A stretch of DNA of 62,464 nucleotides, filler included, from an uncultured bacterium (GCA_964449065.1; 15 parts of 15 records of this genome joined end to end with filler, not necessarily neighbours in it), one strand, 5' to 3'. Positions 9,893 through 20,002 are shown, counted from the first letter of the whole stretch. The notes: generated by a model not told the origin, from the sequence alone. Translations and numbers: made by a program.

Positions 9893-11989
9893 ATGGCAGT
9901 AAGGAGAGCGATCGTGGCATTAGAAAACAACCCCATAGGCTTGGTACACAGCCTGTTATTCTCAGGCCCGGGCAACACCAGTTCCGTCATGCGGGGCGAG
10001 GGCAAAAAAGAGTATGTTCTCAATACCATGAAGTGGGTATTGGAGGAGCCCGGTTTTGAATCCATCGAGATCACCCGGATCAAGTCATCCTCCGTAAGGA
10101 AAGACGTAAAATCCCTCTTGCAGAAGGGATTGAAGGATAAACAGATACAAGAGGTGGTGTACTCGGCACAGCCGGTGCAACTGATAAACGAAGACAAAAT
10201 CTGTGAGCCATCCGATATCAGTTCGCTGGATGAACGCGAGCGCAACAAAGCCGTTGACCGGCTAAAAGACTGCGTGGATGAAGCCTTGTCATACGGGTTC
10301 ATTACAAAATTCGCGTTTTACAGCGGCAAAGACCCGGTGTTGATGAACGGGACGCAGAACGGCAATGCCGAGGCGGTACGTTCTCAGGCTCTCAGTCAGT
10401 TACGGCGGTCGGTTCATGAGTTGTGTGTCTACATCAAAGATAAATCCACCGCGAAAAATACGCTGGAGCCGTTGATTGAGGTCTTTGACTTTCGGAAAAC
10501 TCCGGAAGGGACAAACTTCTTTAAAGAAGCGTTGATCGGCCCGATTGACCGTACCGAGCATTTTTTGGAATCGGTCCGCAATTTGTATGGCCATCCGGAA
10601 CTGGGTGTGATGCTAGATATCAGCCACATGGTGATTTCGGGCGAGGGGCCGGACGCGATGAAGAATCTGGCACCGTACATCCGCCACGTTCATATTGCCA
10701 ACGTGATCTTAAACCGCAATACAGCAAACGCGGAAAAACGCTATGGCGATGTGCACCCCGCGTTTGGGGTTTCGGACAGTGAAGTGGATGAAGAGGTATT
10801 ATCCAATTATCTCAAAGCATTGGTGGAGATCGATTATCAAGGCACCATCGCGTTTGAGTTGAACCCGATTGACAGTGAGATTCCTGAAAAGATCGCGCAA
10901 AGCGCGCTGAGTTTCACCAACAAGTGTATGCACCGCATCGATGTGAATTACGCGCTGATTCACAATTTTATCTATCAAAACCGCAAATTTTTCTCGGAAG
11001 ATTTGTGGGATAGGTTGGGTGAGTTGCGGGTGGAAAAACCGCAGATCATTCAAGAGCGGATGAAGAAGCGCAAGATGCGGAAATCAATCACCCAAGACGG
11101 TAAGTTGGTGATTTTGGCGGCGGATCATCCGGCGCGGATGGTGACCAACATCCCCGGCGACCCCACCCGGATGGCCGACCGTTATGATTATTTGGGGCGC
11201 TGCGCGCGGGTGATGATGGCCTCCACGGTTGATGGAATCATGGCGACCGCCGATATCATTGAAGATTTGGTGTTGATCGATCATATCTATCAAGAAAAAA
11301 CCGAAAAAAGTTTTATGGACGGCAAGATATTGATCGCGTGCCTCAACCGCAGCGGTTTGGCGGGTGCCACGCATGAAATGCTGGACCGGGTGACTGCCTA
11401 CCGGGATATCAAGAAGATCAAAGAATGGCATCTGGACGGCGCGAAAATGCTGATTCGCTTTTCCATCCCCGATAAATATGACCGGTATGTACTGCAAACC
11501 ATGGAAGAGTGTTCGCGCTATGTGGAAGCCTGCAACGACGAAGGTGTCCCGATGTTCTTGGAACCGCTTCCGGTCGAATATGTGGATGGAAAGTATAAAG
11601 TCATTATGACCGCGGACGCGCTGACCCGCGTGATTGGAATCGCGTCCGGCTTGTCGAGTTCGACATCGAACCTGTGGCTTAAGATTCCGTATGTGAACGA
11701 TTACTACCGTGTGGCGCAGGCGTTTTCCGGCCCGATTTTGATGCTGGGCGGCGAGTCGACCGGAAACCCGGTTGGGGTTCTGGAACAATTTGTGCGCGGA
11801 ATGGGAGAAGGCGCGAATGTGCGCGGCGCGATGGTCGGGCGGAATGTTCTCTACCCCGGCCAAGACGACCCCGCCGCGGTTGCCGAAGCGGTTTGCGATG
11901 TTTGCCGCAAAGGTTCATCGGCTTTGGATGCTGTACGAACCTTAAACAACGTTCGCGGCCATAAAATGGATCTGCTGCCGAGAGAGTAG
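9893..11989 (+). CDS. Fusion: xylose isomerase-like TIM barrel + class I aldolase-like (Cgl0159/DhnA-type) domain
   Basis: N-half has 'LDISH', 'HVHIAN', 'GDVHP', 'YQGTIAFE'; C-half has 'LVILAADHPARM', 'DGAKML', 'FLEPLP', 'WLKIP', 'LMLGG', 'GAMVGRNVLYP'. Confidence 0.8.
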   Translation: MAVRRAIVALENNPIGLVHSLLFSGPGNTSSVMRGEGKKEYVLNTMKWVLEEPGFESIEITRIKSSSVRKDVKSLLQKGLKDKQIQEVVYSAQPVQLINEDKICEPSDISSLDERERNKAVDRLKDCVDEALSYGFITKFAFYSGKDPVLMNGTQNGNAEAVRSQALSQLRRSVHELCVYIKDKSTAKNTLEPLIEVFDFRKTPEGTNFFKEALIGPIDRTEHFLESVRNLYGHPELGVMLDISHMVISGEGPDAMKNLAPYIRHVHIANVILNRNTANAEKRYGDVHPAFGVSDSEVDEEVLSNYLKALVEIDYQGTIAFELNPIDSEIPEKIAQSALSFTNKCMHRIDVNYALIHNFIYQNRKFFSEDLWDRLGELRVEKPQIIQERMKKRKMRKSITQDGKLVILAADHPARMVTNIPGDPTRMADRYDYLGRCARVMMASTVDGIMATADIIEDLVLIDHIYQEKTEKSFMDGKILIACLNRSGLAGATHEMLDRVTAYRDIKKIKEWHLDGAKMLIRFSIPDKYDRYVLQTMEECSRYVEACNDEGVPMFLEPLPVEYVDGKYKVIMTADALTRVIGIASGLSSSTSNLWLKIPYVNDYYRVAQAFSGPILMLGGESTGNPVGVLEQFVRGMGEGANVRGAMVGRNVLYPGQDDPAAVAEAVCDVCRKGSSALDAVRTLNNVRGHKMDLLPRE

Positions 11990-12012
11990 TCTCTTTGAAT
12001 TGGGAAATCAAT

Positions 12013-12659
12013 ATGTCACGTGTTACACAAGCGATAGCTAAACTGTCGGAAAAGTATAAGGGCGAACGCTGGACGCATTGGGTTCGTGTTGTAAGTTCGC
12101 TGATTTTTTCCGACATGCGGATTGACCCTACGAATTTATTTTGGACGAAGGGCGACCGGCTTTACTATTCCTCTTCGCTAAGTGAATTGGTGAAAGAAGC
12201 GCTTTTGTTTGCCGGATGCTGCTCCACTCAAATACAGGAATACAATTCATCTAACTTGGATTCATCAATCAAGGATATTCAACATCCGCAGCGGTTGTTT
12301 TGTTTGGTGGATGAACCGGTTTCACCGGCGGTCAACTGCAATGAATCCCTTTGTTCGAATATCATCATGATCAGCCCGCAAAAGCCGTCCGAATCATCAC
12401 AATGGAACGTGGTGTCTCTTTCGGGGGGGCAAAACGAATCGATAGCGGATCTGTATCAACATTATGCCAAGGAATCAGAGCACCCGCTATGGCTGGTGAT
12501 TCCAGGTAAATCTCAACAAGAGGTGGCTGCCGTGTCAACAACTCAATCCCGCCCGTCAACCATGCCCCGTCTTGCCGAACGCATGAATCATTTGGGTACC
12601 GAGACCGCGTTTGAGGTGCTGGCGGAAGTGAACGCGCTCAAAGCGCAGGGGAAGGATAT
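12013..12659 (+). CDS. Degenerate transketolase-N-like region fused to a class I/II PLP aminotransferase; 3'-truncated
   Basis: 'MRIDPTNLFWTKGDRLYYS' resembles transketolase 'RIDPxNPxWxxRDRFxLS'; 'LAERMNHLGTETAFEVLAEVNALKAQGKD' is an aspartate-aminotransferase-type N-terminus. Confidence 0.65.
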
Positions 12660-12759
12660 NNNNNNNNNNNNNNNNNNNNNNNNNNNNNNNNNNNNNNNNN
12701 NNNTTAATTAATTAANNNNNNNNNNNNNNNNNNNNNNNNNNNNNNNNNNNNNNNNNNNN

Positions 12760-13371
12760 TCCCAATTTCCCCATAGTGATGCGTCAACCATCACCACCGA
12801 TAGTTGGAGGGATAAAAAATACATCCCATACATAAAAGCATTGGCAGCGTTTGAAGCAGAAAACAAAGAAGCGGCAATCTCTCAGATAGAAGAATATTTA
12901 GAAAACAATCCAAACGACCGAAGCGCCCAATATTATGTAAATCAATTTAACAATCGCGTTGCTTCAGGTGATGAAATCGAAACAGTAAATGAGTTTTGTA
13001 TTAATGGTTCGATCATAAAAGAAGAATGTATCCTTCACGCTGGTCATTCTCTTTTGGTGGATTTTTATGTCGATTCACAACAGACAATGCAAACGATTCT
13101 TGAATTGCAAATTGATTTGTTACCGGGAAGGCCGTATCAAATAGAATACATCTTAAACCAATCCTCCCCCCAGTCCCTAAAGGAAACTGAGACTGCCGCT
13201 CAATATGACGGTGATTTTATTGGCGGAGTATTGCAGCCAAATCCCGGCAGAAATCTCTTGGAAATCCGTTGGTTCAATACAAATTCCTTTATAATTCCAA
13301 CAAATCAACCCAATGTGATTCACATAAAGAATATACACATCAATCCAATCTCCAGCGAGCCGCAGCTGTGA
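12760..13371 (+). CDS. C-terminal half of the TPR protein whose N-terminal half is at 42136-42724
   Basis: 12760-12814 is the exact reverse complement of 42136-42190 and the reading frame runs through the join. Confidence 0.85.
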   Translation, partial: SQFPHSDASTITTDSWRDKKYIPYIKALAAFEAENKEAAISQIEEYLENNPNDRSAQYYVNQFNNRVASGDEIETVNEFCINGSIIKEECILHAGHSLLVDFYVDSQQTMQTILELQIDLLPGRPYQIEYILNQSSPQSLKETETAAQYDGDFIGGVLQPNPGRNLLEIRWFNTNSFIIPTNQPNVIHIKNIHINPISSEPQL

Positions 13372-14792
13372 AACCGCTGATCCGCAATTCCATCTTTATG
13401 ATGTTCTTCAACGTTTTCGGAAGGGCTTCCGGCTTTCTTCGCTATCTTCTTCTTGTAGGCCTGTTAACCGAAGCCTCGTTTTCCTTGGTCTCGTTTGCGT
13501 TCTACTTTGGGTCGTTATGCCGCCACTTTGTTGACGGGGGTTTGGATAACTTCGTATCCCGCGACGGCGCCCGCGATTACGGCAAAATCCCTTCCTTTTA
13601 CATCAACGCGCTATTTTTAAAAGCGGTCTTAGCGGTGGTGTTTTGTTCCGCCGCGTTCTGGTATCTCCGCGATGCACGGGACAAAGATCTTTTTGAAATA
13701 CTGATTGTGTATATCGCGTTAATCGGTTCTGTTATGACATCGTTCACCGGAGTCATCCGCAGCTGCTTCACCGCCATCGAACGCATGGAGTTTGTTTTTT
13801 ACACCAATTTACCCTCCCGCCTGCTATCGATTTCGCTTTTGTTCATAGCGTTATGGTTCGGTTTTCCCCTGGAACTGGTCGTCGCATCCGTGTCCCTGGA
13901 AAACGTCTTATGGTTTTTCTTGTTAGGGGCAATTTCACTGCGCTATTTTCAACTCAAGGGAACCGGTATTTCATTCCCGGTCATTCGCTACATGGTGTGG
14001 GAATCCTTACCCCTCATGGTCTATGGTTTCTTCAATGTTCTCTATCTCAGCCTCGATGTCATGATGATCGAATATCTGATGGGACTCGATTCGGTCGCAC
14101 CCTATACCTACGCCAGTATGCTGTTGGAAGGCGTGGGCCTTTTGGTCACCAGTTATTTCGTGGCGGTGTATCCAACCCTGTCCCGTTTGTTTGTCTCAGA
14201 CTTTGATGCCTACCGCCGGTTGTTTCGTCAGTCATTTGTTGCCCTCTTTATGTTCACCATTCCCACCTCGGTATTGTTGGGATTCTGGTCGCATTTGTGG
14301 ATGAACATTATCAAAGACACAGGACCAATTTCGGGAGAGGTGTTAAGTATTCTTGCAATAAACCTCAATCTTTCCATGATGAACACCTTGTTGATCATCG
14401 TCTTTACATCATGCAACCGCCAGCGGTTGTTGGTTTTGCTCACCGCATCCGCGGTCATAATTTCCTTTCTCAGCAACTGGTTCATGATACCCTGGTTAAA
14501 TCAACCCGGCGCTGCATGGGCTTCTTTGTTCTCGCAAAGCTGTTTGTTCATTATAATGTCCATCACGGCATCCCGGTTATTTCACTTAACATACCCCTGG
14601 CAAAAGCCCCTTTCACTTTTCATTGTGGCGGTTATTTCAGCCATCGCGTCAAAATGGATTCCCGGGATACCTATTCTGGTTGAACCCGTTCTATATGTAG
14701 CAATACTTGTAGGGATAGGATACTCGGTCGGAATCGTAACAAAGGATGATTTGCGCAAAATTCAACAAGCCATTCGTCCGCCTAAAGAGTAA
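13368..14792 (+). CDS. Polysaccharide flippase (Wzx/MOP family)
   Basis: 'LIRNSIFMMF', multi-TM, 'LYLSLDVMMI', 'IPWLNQPGAAWASL'; GTGA overlap with the upstream stop. Confidence 0.85.
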   Translation: MKPLIRNSIFMMFFNVFGRASGFLRYLLLVGLLTEASFSLVSFAFYFGSLCRHFVDGGLDNFVSRDGARDYGKIPSFYINALFLKAVLAVVFCSAAFWYLRDARDKDLFEILIVYIALIGSVMTSFTGVIRSCFTAIERMEFVFYTNLPSRLLSISLLFIALWFGFPLELVVASVSLENVLWFFLLGAISLRYFQLKGTGISFPVIRYMVWESLPLMVYGFFNVLYLSLDVMMIEYLMGLDSVAPYTYASMLLEGVGLLVTSYFVAVYPTLSRLFVSDFDAYRRLFRQSFVALFMFTIPTSVLLGFWSHLWMNIIKDTGPISGEVLSILAINLNLSMMNTLLIIVFTSCNRQRLLVLLTASAVIISFLSNWFMIPWLNQPGAAWASLFSQSCLFIIMSITASRLFHLTYPWQKPLSLFIVAVISAIASKWIPGIPILVEPVLYVAILVGIGYSVGIVTKDDLRKIQQAIRPPKE

Positions 14793-14798
14793 TGGATC

Positions 14799-15809
14799 AT
14801 GAAGATATTTATAACAGGCGCTACAGGTTACTTAGGCCAAAAGATCGTTCAACATGCGGTTGAGCAGGGCCACCACGTGCGCGCCTTATGCCGCACGATA
14901 CCGGATATTCAACAGCAAAATGTCGAGTATATTCAAGGCGATATCCTCGACCGCAAATCATACAAAGAAGAGATGGAAGGCTGCGATGCCCTCATCCATT
15001 CCGCCGGCCTCGTCTCCATCTGGCAGCGCGATCCCGAAGACTTTCGCCGCGTCAATCTCGAAGGCACCCGCTACGTACTCGAAACCGCGTCGCGCGTGGG
15101 CATTGACCGCATGGTCTATACCTCATCCTTTTTCGCGTTAGGCCCCACCGATGAAAAGCCGGCCAACGAAGAATGGATTGGACACCCCCGGCAGGGCTAC
15201 AAACCAACTCCGTACGCGCTCAGCAAATACGAAACCGACCGGTGGGTGCGCAGCTGGGCACAAGAAGGCCATGGAGTCGTTACGGTCTATCCGGCATTAA
15301 TTTACGGGCCCGGCAAAGAAACCCAGGGCAATCACATCACCAAAATGATTGAAGATTACGTCAAACGCAAACTGCCGGGTATCCCCGGTACCGGGACAAA
15401 ACGCTGGACGTTTTCATACATCGATGATGTCGCCAAAGGCCATCTGCTGGCCCTCGAAAAAGGCAAAGTGGGACACCGCTATATCCTAGGCGGTGAAGAT
15501 GCCAGCCTGCTTGAGTTTTTCGAAATTCTGCAATCCGTTTCCCACATCAAACCGCCCCGCCTGAAAGTGCCGTACTCTATGCTGCGCGTGATCGGCAATC
15601 TGGAAGTCATGCGGGCAAGAATGTCGCGCCGCTACATCCCCAAAGTCACACCCGATGTGGTCGATGTCTACAAACAAAACTGGCGCTATTCTTCCCATAA
15701 AGCCATCACCGAACTGGGCTACACACGCACCCCCCTCAAAATCGGCATCATCAAAACCCTCGAAGATTTCGGCTTCGACTTTCCCAACGAGCGTGACTCC
15801 GCGCTATAA
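14799..15809 (+). CDS. NAD-dependent epimerase/dehydratase (dihydroflavonol reductase/HpnA-like extended SDR)
   Basis: 'KIFITGATGYLG', 'YTSS', YxxxK 'YALSK', 'YIDDVAKGH'. Confidence 0.9.
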   Translation: MKIFITGATGYLGQKIVQHAVEQGHHVRALCRTIPDIQQQNVEYIQGDILDRKSYKEEMEGCDALIHSAGLVSIWQRDPEDFRRVNLEGTRYVLETASRVGIDRMVYTSSFFALGPTDEKPANEEWIGHPRQGYKPTPYALSKYETDRWVRSWAQEGHGVVTVYPALIYGPGKETQGNHITKMIEDYVKRKLPGIPGTGTKRWTFSYIDDVAKGHLLALEKGKVGHRYILGGEDASLLEFFEILQSVSHIKPPRLKVPYSMLRVIGNLEVMRARMSRRYIPKVTPDVVDVYKQNWRYSSHKAITELGYTRTPLKIGIIKTLEDFGFDFPNERDSAL

Positions 15810-16754
15810 TTATTTCCCGATTAAAATCTCATCGAAGCCATTAATTTTATTTTCATACTGATTTACAAGAATTTTTAACTCCTTAATGAAGACTTTGCGA
15901 TATGAGTTTGGAAGATAGTTATTTATAAGTTTTGTCATTGTAAATAATGAAGTAACAAGGATCATGTTTAAATCAGAAGAAAGAATTTTTTGGAATTCCT
16001 TATCTGAATACATTTGATGTGGTTCAAATATATTATTCTCCGAAGTAATCATACAGAAATAATTGTTAAAATCTGTAGAATGAATACTTGAACTTAATCT
16101 CTTATGAATTAGGTTATAAATAAAATTATCATTTCCTATACAATGATCAACCAAATCTTTAAATGAATTTATTTTATTACCTTTTTTGTCTTTAAATAGT
16201 TTAAACCAATTATCCCATTTTTTCTCTGATTTCGATAATTCTTCTATTTTTTGATAGCGATAATCTTTCATTTTATCATATGTATTAAGTTTTTTTTTGG
16301 GATTGATATTATGTCCTCTTCTACTATATATTTCTATGTATTTTTCATTCCATTCAGTAAGTTCTTTCATTGCAAAATAGATGAAGGCTTGACATTTCAA
16401 GTCAATTTTATTTTTATCTTCAAGAATAAATATTAAATAAATATATGACTCGAAGAAAGAACGCATGATTTCATAATATTTTCTAATTCCATTTTCCATC
16501 AATATTAATAAACTTTTCAGTCCTAAATATTGATTTTCTAATAGAAATATTATAGAAAAATGTTCTTCTTTTATATTGGTTTGTATTAAATTTGTAATTA
16601 TGTCTTCAAATAATGATAAGACTTTGTTTGTGCATTCAATAGACAATAATAAATTATCATTGTCTATTTCATGAATTTTAAAAAGAATGTCCTTTAATTT
16701 CTTTTTGTCGTTCATATATGGAAAGTATGGTTTATTACTATTTTGTTGTTTCAT
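15810..16754 (-). CDS. AT-rich hypothetical protein, DUF5677-like
   Basis: 'IMRSFFESYIYLIFI' and 'LIHKRLSSSIHS' resemble DUF5677/HEPN-like helical proteins; much more AT-rich than its flanks. Confidence 0.6.
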   Translation of the reverse strand: MKQQNSNKPYFPYMNDKKKLKDILFKIHEIDNDNLLLSIECTNKVLSLFEDIITNLIQTNIKEEHFSIIFLLENQYLGLKSLLILMENGIRKYYEIMRSFFESYIYLIFILEDKNKIDLKCQAFIYFAMKELTEWNEKYIEIYSRRGHNINPKKKLNTYDKMKDYRYQKIEELSKSEKKWDNWFKLFKDKKGNKINSFKDLVDHCIGNDNFIYNLIHKRLSSSIHSTDFNNYFCMITSENNIFEPHQMYSDKEFQKILSSDLNMILVTSLFTMTKLINNYLPNSYRKVFIKELKILVNQYENKINGFDEILIGK

Positions 16755-16777
16755 GATAGTTACCCTATTTTGGCTTT

Positions 16778-16816
16778 AAAAAAAAAAGCCCCTTCATACA
16801 AAGGGGCTTTTTATTT
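16778..16816 (-). terminator. Intrinsic terminator after nrdJ
   Basis: AAAAGCCCCTT-CATACA-AAGGGGCTTTT stem-loop with A/T tails on both sides. Confidence 0.8.
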
Positions 16817-16837
16817 AATCACTGATCATACAACCTC

Positions 16838-16886
16838 TTACGAACACCCGCTCGTCGCCCCGCAGTTGCAGCATTTATAGCACGCA
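16838..16886 (-). CDS. nrdJ: C-terminal tip of class II (B12-dependent) ribonucleotide reductase; 5'-truncated
   Basis: Translates 'ACYKCCNCGATSGCS*', the typical NrdJ C-terminus; not in the ORF track. Confidence 0.7.
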
Positions 16887-16986
16887 NNNNNNNNNNNNNN
16901 NNNNNNNNNNNNNNNNNNNNNNNNNNNNNNTTAATTAATTAANNNNNNNNNNNNNNNNNNNNNNNNNNNNNNNNNNNNNNNNNNNN

Positions 16987-17600
16987 ACCGCGAAGACTTT
17001 AAAGAATGGATGGATAAACAGGATGTGCAAGCCATGCGCGACGCGATGCATGAAATCGAGCCCGAACCGGGCGACATCGTCTTCTTGACCGACGGCTGGA
17101 TTCACTCGCTAGGTGAAGGCATGTGCGTGCTGGAACCGCAGGAACCCTCGGACTGGAATATTTTAGCGGAGTGGGATGGGTATCCTTACGAGCGTAAAGA
17201 CGCCTTCTGCGGGTTGGATGAAGATGTGGCACTGGATTGCGCCAAGTTCGAAAAAATGCCGGAGGATTATCTCAACAATTATGTCCGCCGCAAACCGCAG
17301 CCGATCCGCGAAGAGAACGGCAATGTCGAAGCCGCGTTGGTGCCGGATGAAGCAAAGCGCTTCTTTTATGTGACCAAATACATCATCCAAGCCGGCAGTG
17401 AAATGAGCGTTCCCGGCGACCGCACCTTCCATTGCCTCACCCCGGTTAACGGGCAAGGCGTGTTGAAGTATGAAGGGGAAGAGTATGACGCCAGTAAGAG
17501 CAAATCGCTGTTTATCCCCTTGAATATGGGGGCATATACCTTGGCCAATACCGGAAGCGAACCGTTGGAGATTGTCTGCTGCCTTCCGCCGGAAGTTTAA
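16987..17600 (+). CDS. Class I mannose-6-phosphate isomerase-like cupin; 5'-truncated
   Basis: 'EPGDIVFLTDGWIHSLGEGMCVLEPQEPSD'; second cupin 'SLFIP'. Confidence 0.75.
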
Positions 17601-17604
17601 AGAC

Positions 17605-17635
17605 AGTGATGAGTGACAAGTGACAAGTGAATAGT
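17605..17635 (+). repeat. Heptamer tandem repeat (AGTGATG/AGTGACA/AGTGAAT, 4 units) just after a stop codon
   Basis: Read directly from the sequence. Confidence 0.75.
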
Positions 17636-17674
17636 TAAAAACGATAAACATAAATTACGGGAGGAAATTGAATC

Positions 17675-18580
17675 ATGGCGAAGAAGTTGGCGATTGGAAC
17701 TTGGGCGTATACATTTGGACCGTATGAAGGCAATCCGGTACCGCTGGAAACCGTGGTACGTACTTTGGGGAACTATGGGTTTGACGGCTTGGAACTGGGC
17801 GCGTTTCGTCCGCATTTTCATCCGGACGATTATCCATTGGATAGTGAACGCGAGAAATTTGTTAACTTACTTCATGTGAATGGACTGGAACTCTCCGGCG
17901 CGGCGGTGGATTTTTGGGGCGATCCCGGACCCGGTACAAACGAAGCGCAAGAGAACGATCATTACCTGAAACTCTTTAAAAAGAATATTCAGTTGTGTGT
18001 AGATGTAGACGCCCCGGCGATGCGGGTGGATACGGTAAACGGCCCCGACGGCATTGACAGCGTAGACCGCGACACCGCCTGGAAGCGCATTGTGGAGTTG
18101 TGGCGTGAAGGCGCGCAAATTGCCGAAGACCACGGCGTGAAACTGATATGGGAATTCGAGCCGGGCTTTATGTTCAACAAACCCAGTGAAATTGTGCAGT
18201 TGGTGAAGGATGTGAATCATCCCAACTTCAAGGTATTGTTTGACACTTGCCATGCTTATATGTGCGGGGTCGTCGGCGCGCGGCAGCCGGGAACCAAGGA
18301 AACGGTCGGCAGTGTTGCTGAGTTTGCACAGATGCTGAAAGGCCATATCGGGCATTTGCATGTGATTGACTCTGACGGCACATTGCACGGCGATGAAACC
18401 AGCACCCACCGCCCGTTCGGCGAAGGCAAGATTAACTTTGACGAAACGCTGGACGCGATTTGCAATGACGCGGAATACACCGGCGAATGGATGTGCATTG
18501 ATTTATGCTTCTGGCCCGAAGCGTGGGATGTGACGCGCAACGCGCAGAAGTTTTTGAAGCCGTATTTGGAAAAATATTAA
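17675..18580 (+). CDS. Sugar phosphate isomerase/epimerase (AP_endonuc_2 TIM barrel)
   Basis: 'GFDGLEL', 'WEFEPG', 'FDTCH', 'HLHVIDSDG'. Confidence 0.88.
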   Translation: MAKKLAIGTWAYTFGPYEGNPVPLETVVRTLGNYGFDGLELGAFRPHFHPDDYPLDSEREKFVNLLHVNGLELSGAAVDFWGDPGPGTNEAQENDHYLKLFKKNIQLCVDVDAPAMRVDTVNGPDGIDSVDRDTAWKRIVELWREGAQIAEDHGVKLIWEFEPGFMFNKPSEIVQLVKDVNHPNFKVLFDTCHAYMCGVVGARQPGTKETVGSVAEFAQMLKGHIGHLHVIDSDGTLHGDETSTHRPFGEGKINFDETLDAICNDAEYTGEWMCIDLCFWPEAWDVTRNAQKFLKPYLEKY

Positions 18581-18611
18581 AGATTGAGAGATTGGAGCAC
18601 ACCCCTTCGCC

Positions 18612-18875
18612 ATGTTGGAATTATTTTTGGAAATTGTGAAACTCTATGGAGTGTGGGGTGTTCTATTTGTAATCGTAGTTTTCGCCGTTTATCATTTGTA
18701 TTTCAAAATGACAAAATCATCCTGTAAAAATGACTCGCAACAGGATATAATAATTGAAATAAAGAAAGAAATTAAAATACGAGTACGAAAAGGCGGCAAA
18801 AAAGAAGCCCTCAAAATTCGTGAACGATTAAAGGAGTTTGAAAAAGAGATTATTGAAGAGGACGATTCATCATGA
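18612..18875 (+). CDS. Small single-TM hypothetical protein (AT-rich insert)
   Basis: 'YGVWGVLFVIVVFAVY' TM segment then a charged tail; ATGA-coupled to the next ORF. Confidence 0.6.
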   Translation: MLELFLEIVKLYGVWGVLFVIVVFAVYHLYFKMTKSSCKNDSQQDIIIEIKKEIKIRVRKGGKKEALKIRERLKEFEKEIIEEDDSS

Positions 18876-19111
18876 GCATGACTATGACAGATCTTTCATC
18901 AAAAACTCATATTCCCAAATCCACATTGGAAACACTCGTTAAAGAAGGATTCATCGAACCGGTCTCCAATAACGGAGAAGAATATGTTTTCGATGATTCT
19001 ATTCTGAATCATGCCGAATTAATTGATGAAATCTTAACCCGTGTTGATAGATTAAAAGATTTACCGAAAGATAAATTGCAACAACTTTATGAAGAACTCC
19101 AACGCGTTTAA
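18872..19111 (+). CDS. MerR/excisionase-like HTH protein
   Basis: 'MTMTDLSSKTHIPKSTLETLVKEGFIEP...EYVF'. Confidence 0.6.
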   Translation: MSMTMTDLSSKTHIPKSTLETLVKEGFIEPVSNNGEEYVFDDSILNHAELIDEILTRVDRLKDLPKDKLQQLYEELQRV

Positions 19112-19143
19112 GAATCAATATATCAAGCACATAAGGGGATACC

Positions 19144-19980
19144 ATGAAATTTGGGATTAACCTATTACTTTGGACGGGGAATTTTACCAACGAAGACGTG
19201 AAGTGGTTTCCGGCGATGAAGGAGATGGGGTATGACGGAGTGGAACTGCCGATTTTCGCTCCGGACACCGTAGATACCGGATTGGTGAAAGAGAAACTCG
19301 CGGAAAGCGGATTGGGCTGCACCATTTGCACCATTATGCCTCCGGATTGCAGTTTGGTGGATGAAGACCCGGAAAACCGCCAGCGCGGGGTGGATTACAT
19401 GAAAGCGGTGATCGATTGCGCCGCCGCGATTAACTGCGAAGTGATCTGCGGGCCGATGCATTCGCCGGTGGGCAAGTTGGTCGGCCGGGGCCGCAATGAA
19501 GCCGAATGGAACCACGCGGTGAGCAACTACAAACTCATCGCGGAACACGCCGAGGCGAAGAAGATGCCGATTTCGATCGAACCGCTCAACCGGTTTGAAA
19601 CCTACTTTTTAAACACAGGTGAAGATGTATGCAAATTGTGCGAAGAAGTGGGCAGTGATTTTATCGGCTATCATTACGATACCTTTCACGCCAATATTGA
19701 AGAAAAAGATCCGGTCGCCACGATTCTGACTTCCGGCAAGCGGATTAACCATTTTCATTGCAGCGAGAACGACCGCGGCATTTGCGGCAGCGGCCATGTG
19801 CCCTGGCAAGAGAGTTTTTCGGCCTTGAAAGAAATCGGATATAACGATTGGCTGACGGTGGAAAGTTTTTTGCCCGCGATTAAAGAACTGGCGGCCGCGG
19901 CGGCCATCTGGCGCCAGCTTGCCCCCAGCGCCGAAGTGCTGGCGAAAGAGAGTTTGGATTTTATTAAGGCGAATGTGTGA
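19144..19980 (+). CDS. D-psicose/D-tagatose 3-epimerase family protein
   Basis: 'MKFGINLLLW', 'IEPLNRFETY', 'DTFHANIEE', 'HCSENDRG'. Confidence 0.9.
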   Translation: MKFGINLLLWTGNFTNEDVKWFPAMKEMGYDGVELPIFAPDTVDTGLVKEKLAESGLGCTICTIMPPDCSLVDEDPENRQRGVDYMKAVIDCAAAINCEVICGPMHSPVGKLVGRGRNEAEWNHAVSNYKLIAEHAEAKKMPISIEPLNRFETYFLNTGEDVCKLCEEVGSDFIGYHYDTFHANIEEKDPVATILTSGKRINHFHCSENDRGICGSGHVPWQESFSALKEIGYNDWLTVESFLPAIKELAAAAAIWRQLAPSAEVLAKESLDFIKANV

Positions 19981-20002
19981 TCGATTTATTTTACAGTACT
20001 TT

